Assembly: GCA_964426185.1 (NCBI GenBank)
Contig: CAYRPF010000108.1
Span: forward strand, 1-7,768
Reading direction: 5' to 3'
From: an uncultured archaeon
GTDB lineage: Archaea > Asgardarchaeota > Lokiarchaeia > Sigyniarchaeales > Promethearchaeaceae
Length of the DNA: 7,768 nt
Part shown: positions 5,921 to 7,768 of the stretch, piece after piece
Numbering within the stretch: position 1 is the first letter of the stretch
Layout: each line of letters opens with the position of its first letter
The notes under the pieces: model-generated
What the model saw: the letters and a program-made list of their open reading frames with translations, nothing else
The model's database searches: none
Told to the model about the DNA's origin: nothing
Translations under genes and position numbers: made by a program

Positions 5921-6001
5921 TTATATGTGCTTTCTCTTGAAGAAAACTAGAACTATTGCAGAAATTAATAAAATGGGGACGAAATTATAAAAGCCAGGGA
6001 T
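5921..6001 (-). other. C-terminal protein-sorting signal (Loki-CTERM/PGF-CTERM-like)
   Basis: IPGFYNFVPILLISAIVLVFFKRKHI* has the tripartite motif, TM helix and basic cluster layout. Confidence 0.75.
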
Positions 6002-7768
6002 ATTCAAGTTTTCCATCAAATTATCATAATTAAATGGGTTTTCATTATTGTCTTTGTCATCATTTGCTTCATTATCAGTGGAATCATCGCTGTCACTGGA
6101 ATTATCGTTGTCATTATTTTGGTCATTGTTAGAATCATTGGTGAAAACAACTGTTATCGAAATAATATCTGACATCGGAGATTGTCCACTGCCATTTACT
6201 GCAACTAGATATATATTGAATCTCCCTTCAGTAGGAAATGTAATACTACAATTTGCATAATTTGAAGTGTTTGTAAGGGTATTATTCACCCAAATCTCAT
6301 AATAGTCGACCATCGGAATCGATTCCCAATAAAGAAAGATATAATCCGCAGTTATTTCGGTACTAGTCGTTATCCATACTGGAGCAGGCGGTAATTCGTT
6401 TTTTATGGTTATCCATAATGATTCTGATATGTTAGATTTTCCAATGGCATTTACCGCTACCAGAGTTATGTTATAAAGGCCTACATCTGGAAAAATTACA
6501 GTAAAGCTGTTTTGAGTGGTTGTATCCACCATAGTTTGATTGATCCAAATCTCGTAATAATCCACCAAAGGTATTGATTCCCATTGAATTGCTAAAGTTC
6601 GATGAATCGTGGTGGCATTTGCAGTAATCCATACCGGTGTTTGCGGTAATTCGTTTTTTATGGTTATCCATAACGATTCAGACAAATTTGATTTTCCACT
6701 GGCATTTACTGCTACCAGAGTTATGTTATAAAGGCCTACATCGGGAAAATTAACGGTATAACTGCTTAGTGTGGTTGTATTCACCAATGTTTGATTGATC
6801 CAAATCTCGTAATAATCCACCGAAGGTATTGATTCCCATTGAATTGCCAAAGTTCGATGAATCGTGGTGGTATTTGCAGTAATCCATACCGGAGCAGGTG
6901 GCATTTCGTTTTTTATGGTTATCCATAACGATTCAGACAAATTTGATTTTCCACTGGCATTTACCGCTGCCAGAGTTATGTTATAAAGGCCCACATCGGG
7001 AAAATTAACGGTATAACTGTTTTGTGTGGTTGTATCCACCATAGTTAGATCTATCCAAATCTCGTAATAATCCACCAAAGGGATTGATTCCCATTGAATT
7101 GCCAAAGTTCGATGAATCGTGGTGGTATTAGTAGTAATCCATACCGGAGCGGGTGGCAATTCGTTTATGGATATCCATAACGAATCTGATATGTTAGATT
7201 TTCCACTGGCATTTGCCGCTACCAGAGTTATGTTATAAAGGCCCACATCGGGAAAATTAACGGTATAGCTGTTTTGAGTGGTTATATCCACCATAGTTTG
7301 ATTGATCCAAATCTCGTAATAATCCACCAAAGGGATTGATTCCCATTGAATTGCTAAAGTTCGATGAATCGTGGTGGTATTTGCAGTAATCCACACAGGC
7401 GCCCAAGGAAGACATAGTTCGAAGTTGTTATTAAAAGTGTTATCATAAGAATCAAATGACACAAAAATATTTTCACTATTTCGGAAAAATCGGTTATTTT
7501 CTATGATATTTCTATTTGAACTTGTAATCCAAATTCCTTTGTATTTGATATATTCTATAGTATTGTTTAAGATAATACTTTCGTTCGTATTAATCAGTTT
7601 AATTCCATTTTCGATAGAATAAATGTGATTATCTTGAACATAAGAAGAAACGCAATAATCCAAAATTACTGATCCTGTCCAATCAAGTTGCCCTGCTCCT
7701 AAATCTAATTTTTGGTTACAAATATCGTTCAAATAAATTCTAATTCCACTAGAATCATAAAAATATAT
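5921..7768 (-). CDS. Large cell-surface glycoprotein (5' end outside window): beta-helix (NosD/PbH1-like) + 5 FN3/Ig-like repeats + D/N linker + IPGF-CTERM anchor
   Basis: The frame stays open from 7732 to the window edge (IYFYDSSGIRIYLND...), so the TTG at 7732 is probably not the start. Beta-helix-type GI.L.....NII.NN.I repeats, PxAPVW...IQWESIP.VDYYEIW...YNITLVAVN..GKS repeats, an acidic linker and a C-terminal IPGF + hydrophobic helix + KRKH. Confidence 0.9.
   Translation of the reverse strand: MYFYDSSGIRIYLNDICNQKLDLGAGQLDWTGSVILDYCVSSYVQDNHIYSIENGIKLINTNESIILNNTIEYIKYKGIWITSSNRNIIENNRFFRNSENIFVSFDSYDNTFNNNFELCLPWAPVWITANTTTIHRTLAIQWESIPLVDYYEIWINQTMVDITTQNSYTVNFPDVGLYNITLVAANASGKSNISDSLWISINELPPAPVWITTNTTTIHRTLAIQWESIPLVDYYEIWIDLTMVDTTTQNSYTVNFPDVGLYNITLAAVNASGKSNLSESLWITIKNEMPPAPVWITANTTTIHRTLAIQWESIPSVDYYEIWINQTLVNTTTLSSYTVNFPDVGLYNITLVAVNASGKSNLSESLWITIKNELPQTPVWITANATTIHRTLAIQWESIPLVDYYEIWINQTMVDTTTQNSFTVIFPDVGLYNITLVAVNAIGKSNISESLWITIKNELPPAPVWITTSTEITADYIFLYWESIPMVDYYEIWVNNTLTNTSNYANCSITFPTEGRFNIYLVAVNGSGQSPMSDIISITVVFTNDSNNDQNNDNDNSSDSDDSTDNEANDDKDNNENPFNYDNLMENLNIPGFYNFVPILLISAIVLVFFKRKHI
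6143..7411 (-). repeat. Five intragenic tandem repeats of 252-255 bp encoding FN3/Ig-like domains
   Basis: Units start (minus strand) at 7411, 7159, 6904, 6649 and 6394. The marker GATTCCCA recurs at 6321, 6576, 6831, 7086 and 7338. Units 1-4 are near-identical and unit 5 is diverged. Confidence 0.95.

Noticed and set aside
6048-6671. ORFs 6048-6260 (+) and 6471-6671 (-)
   Set aside because: Antisense or alternate-frame shadows within the surface-protein gene. The Ser/Leu richness simply mirrors the D/N linker.
6143-7411. Diversity-generating retroelement TR/VR pair or a second CRISPR-like array
   Set aside because: The repeats are contiguous in-frame protein domains with no spacers, the differences are not obviously adenine-specific, and no reverse transcriptase is in the window.
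7730-7732. TTG start assigned to the surface protein
   Set aside because: The frame is open to 7768, there is no signal peptide, and beta-helix-like sequence continues upstream.

Overview
AT-rich accessory/defence-type window, probably from an archaeon and most consistent with an Asgard (Lokiarchaeia-like) host. That host call is an inference from the IPGF-TM-basic C-terminal sorting signal, the archaeal AAA+/DUF234 ATPase, TATA-like promoters and oligo-T terminators. From left to right: (1) the leader-distal end of a type I-E-like CRISPR array, with 7 complete 29-bp repeats, 32-bp spacers and an exact 61-bp period; it runs off the left edge and ends in an in-phase, heavily decayed repeat that contains the SD-like motif of the next gene; (2) a stand-alone DEDDh (DnaQ-like) 3'-5' exonuclease; (3) a convergent archaeal AAA+ ATPase with a wHTH region and a DUF234/PD-(D/E)XK tail; (4) a small PH/GRAM-like protein; (5) a translationally coupled RHH-VapC toxin-antitoxin pair; (6) a second RHH/UPF0175-like + PIN pair that is arranged head-to-head around two AGTACT-N3-AGTACT operator-like sites; (7) an atypical CPBP-family intramembrane protease; (8) the 3' part of a large surface protein with a beta-helix region, five FN3/Ig-like repeats, a D/N-rich linker and an IPGF-CTERM anchor, whose 5' end is outside the window. 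No cas genes, rRNA, tRNA or transposase are visible.
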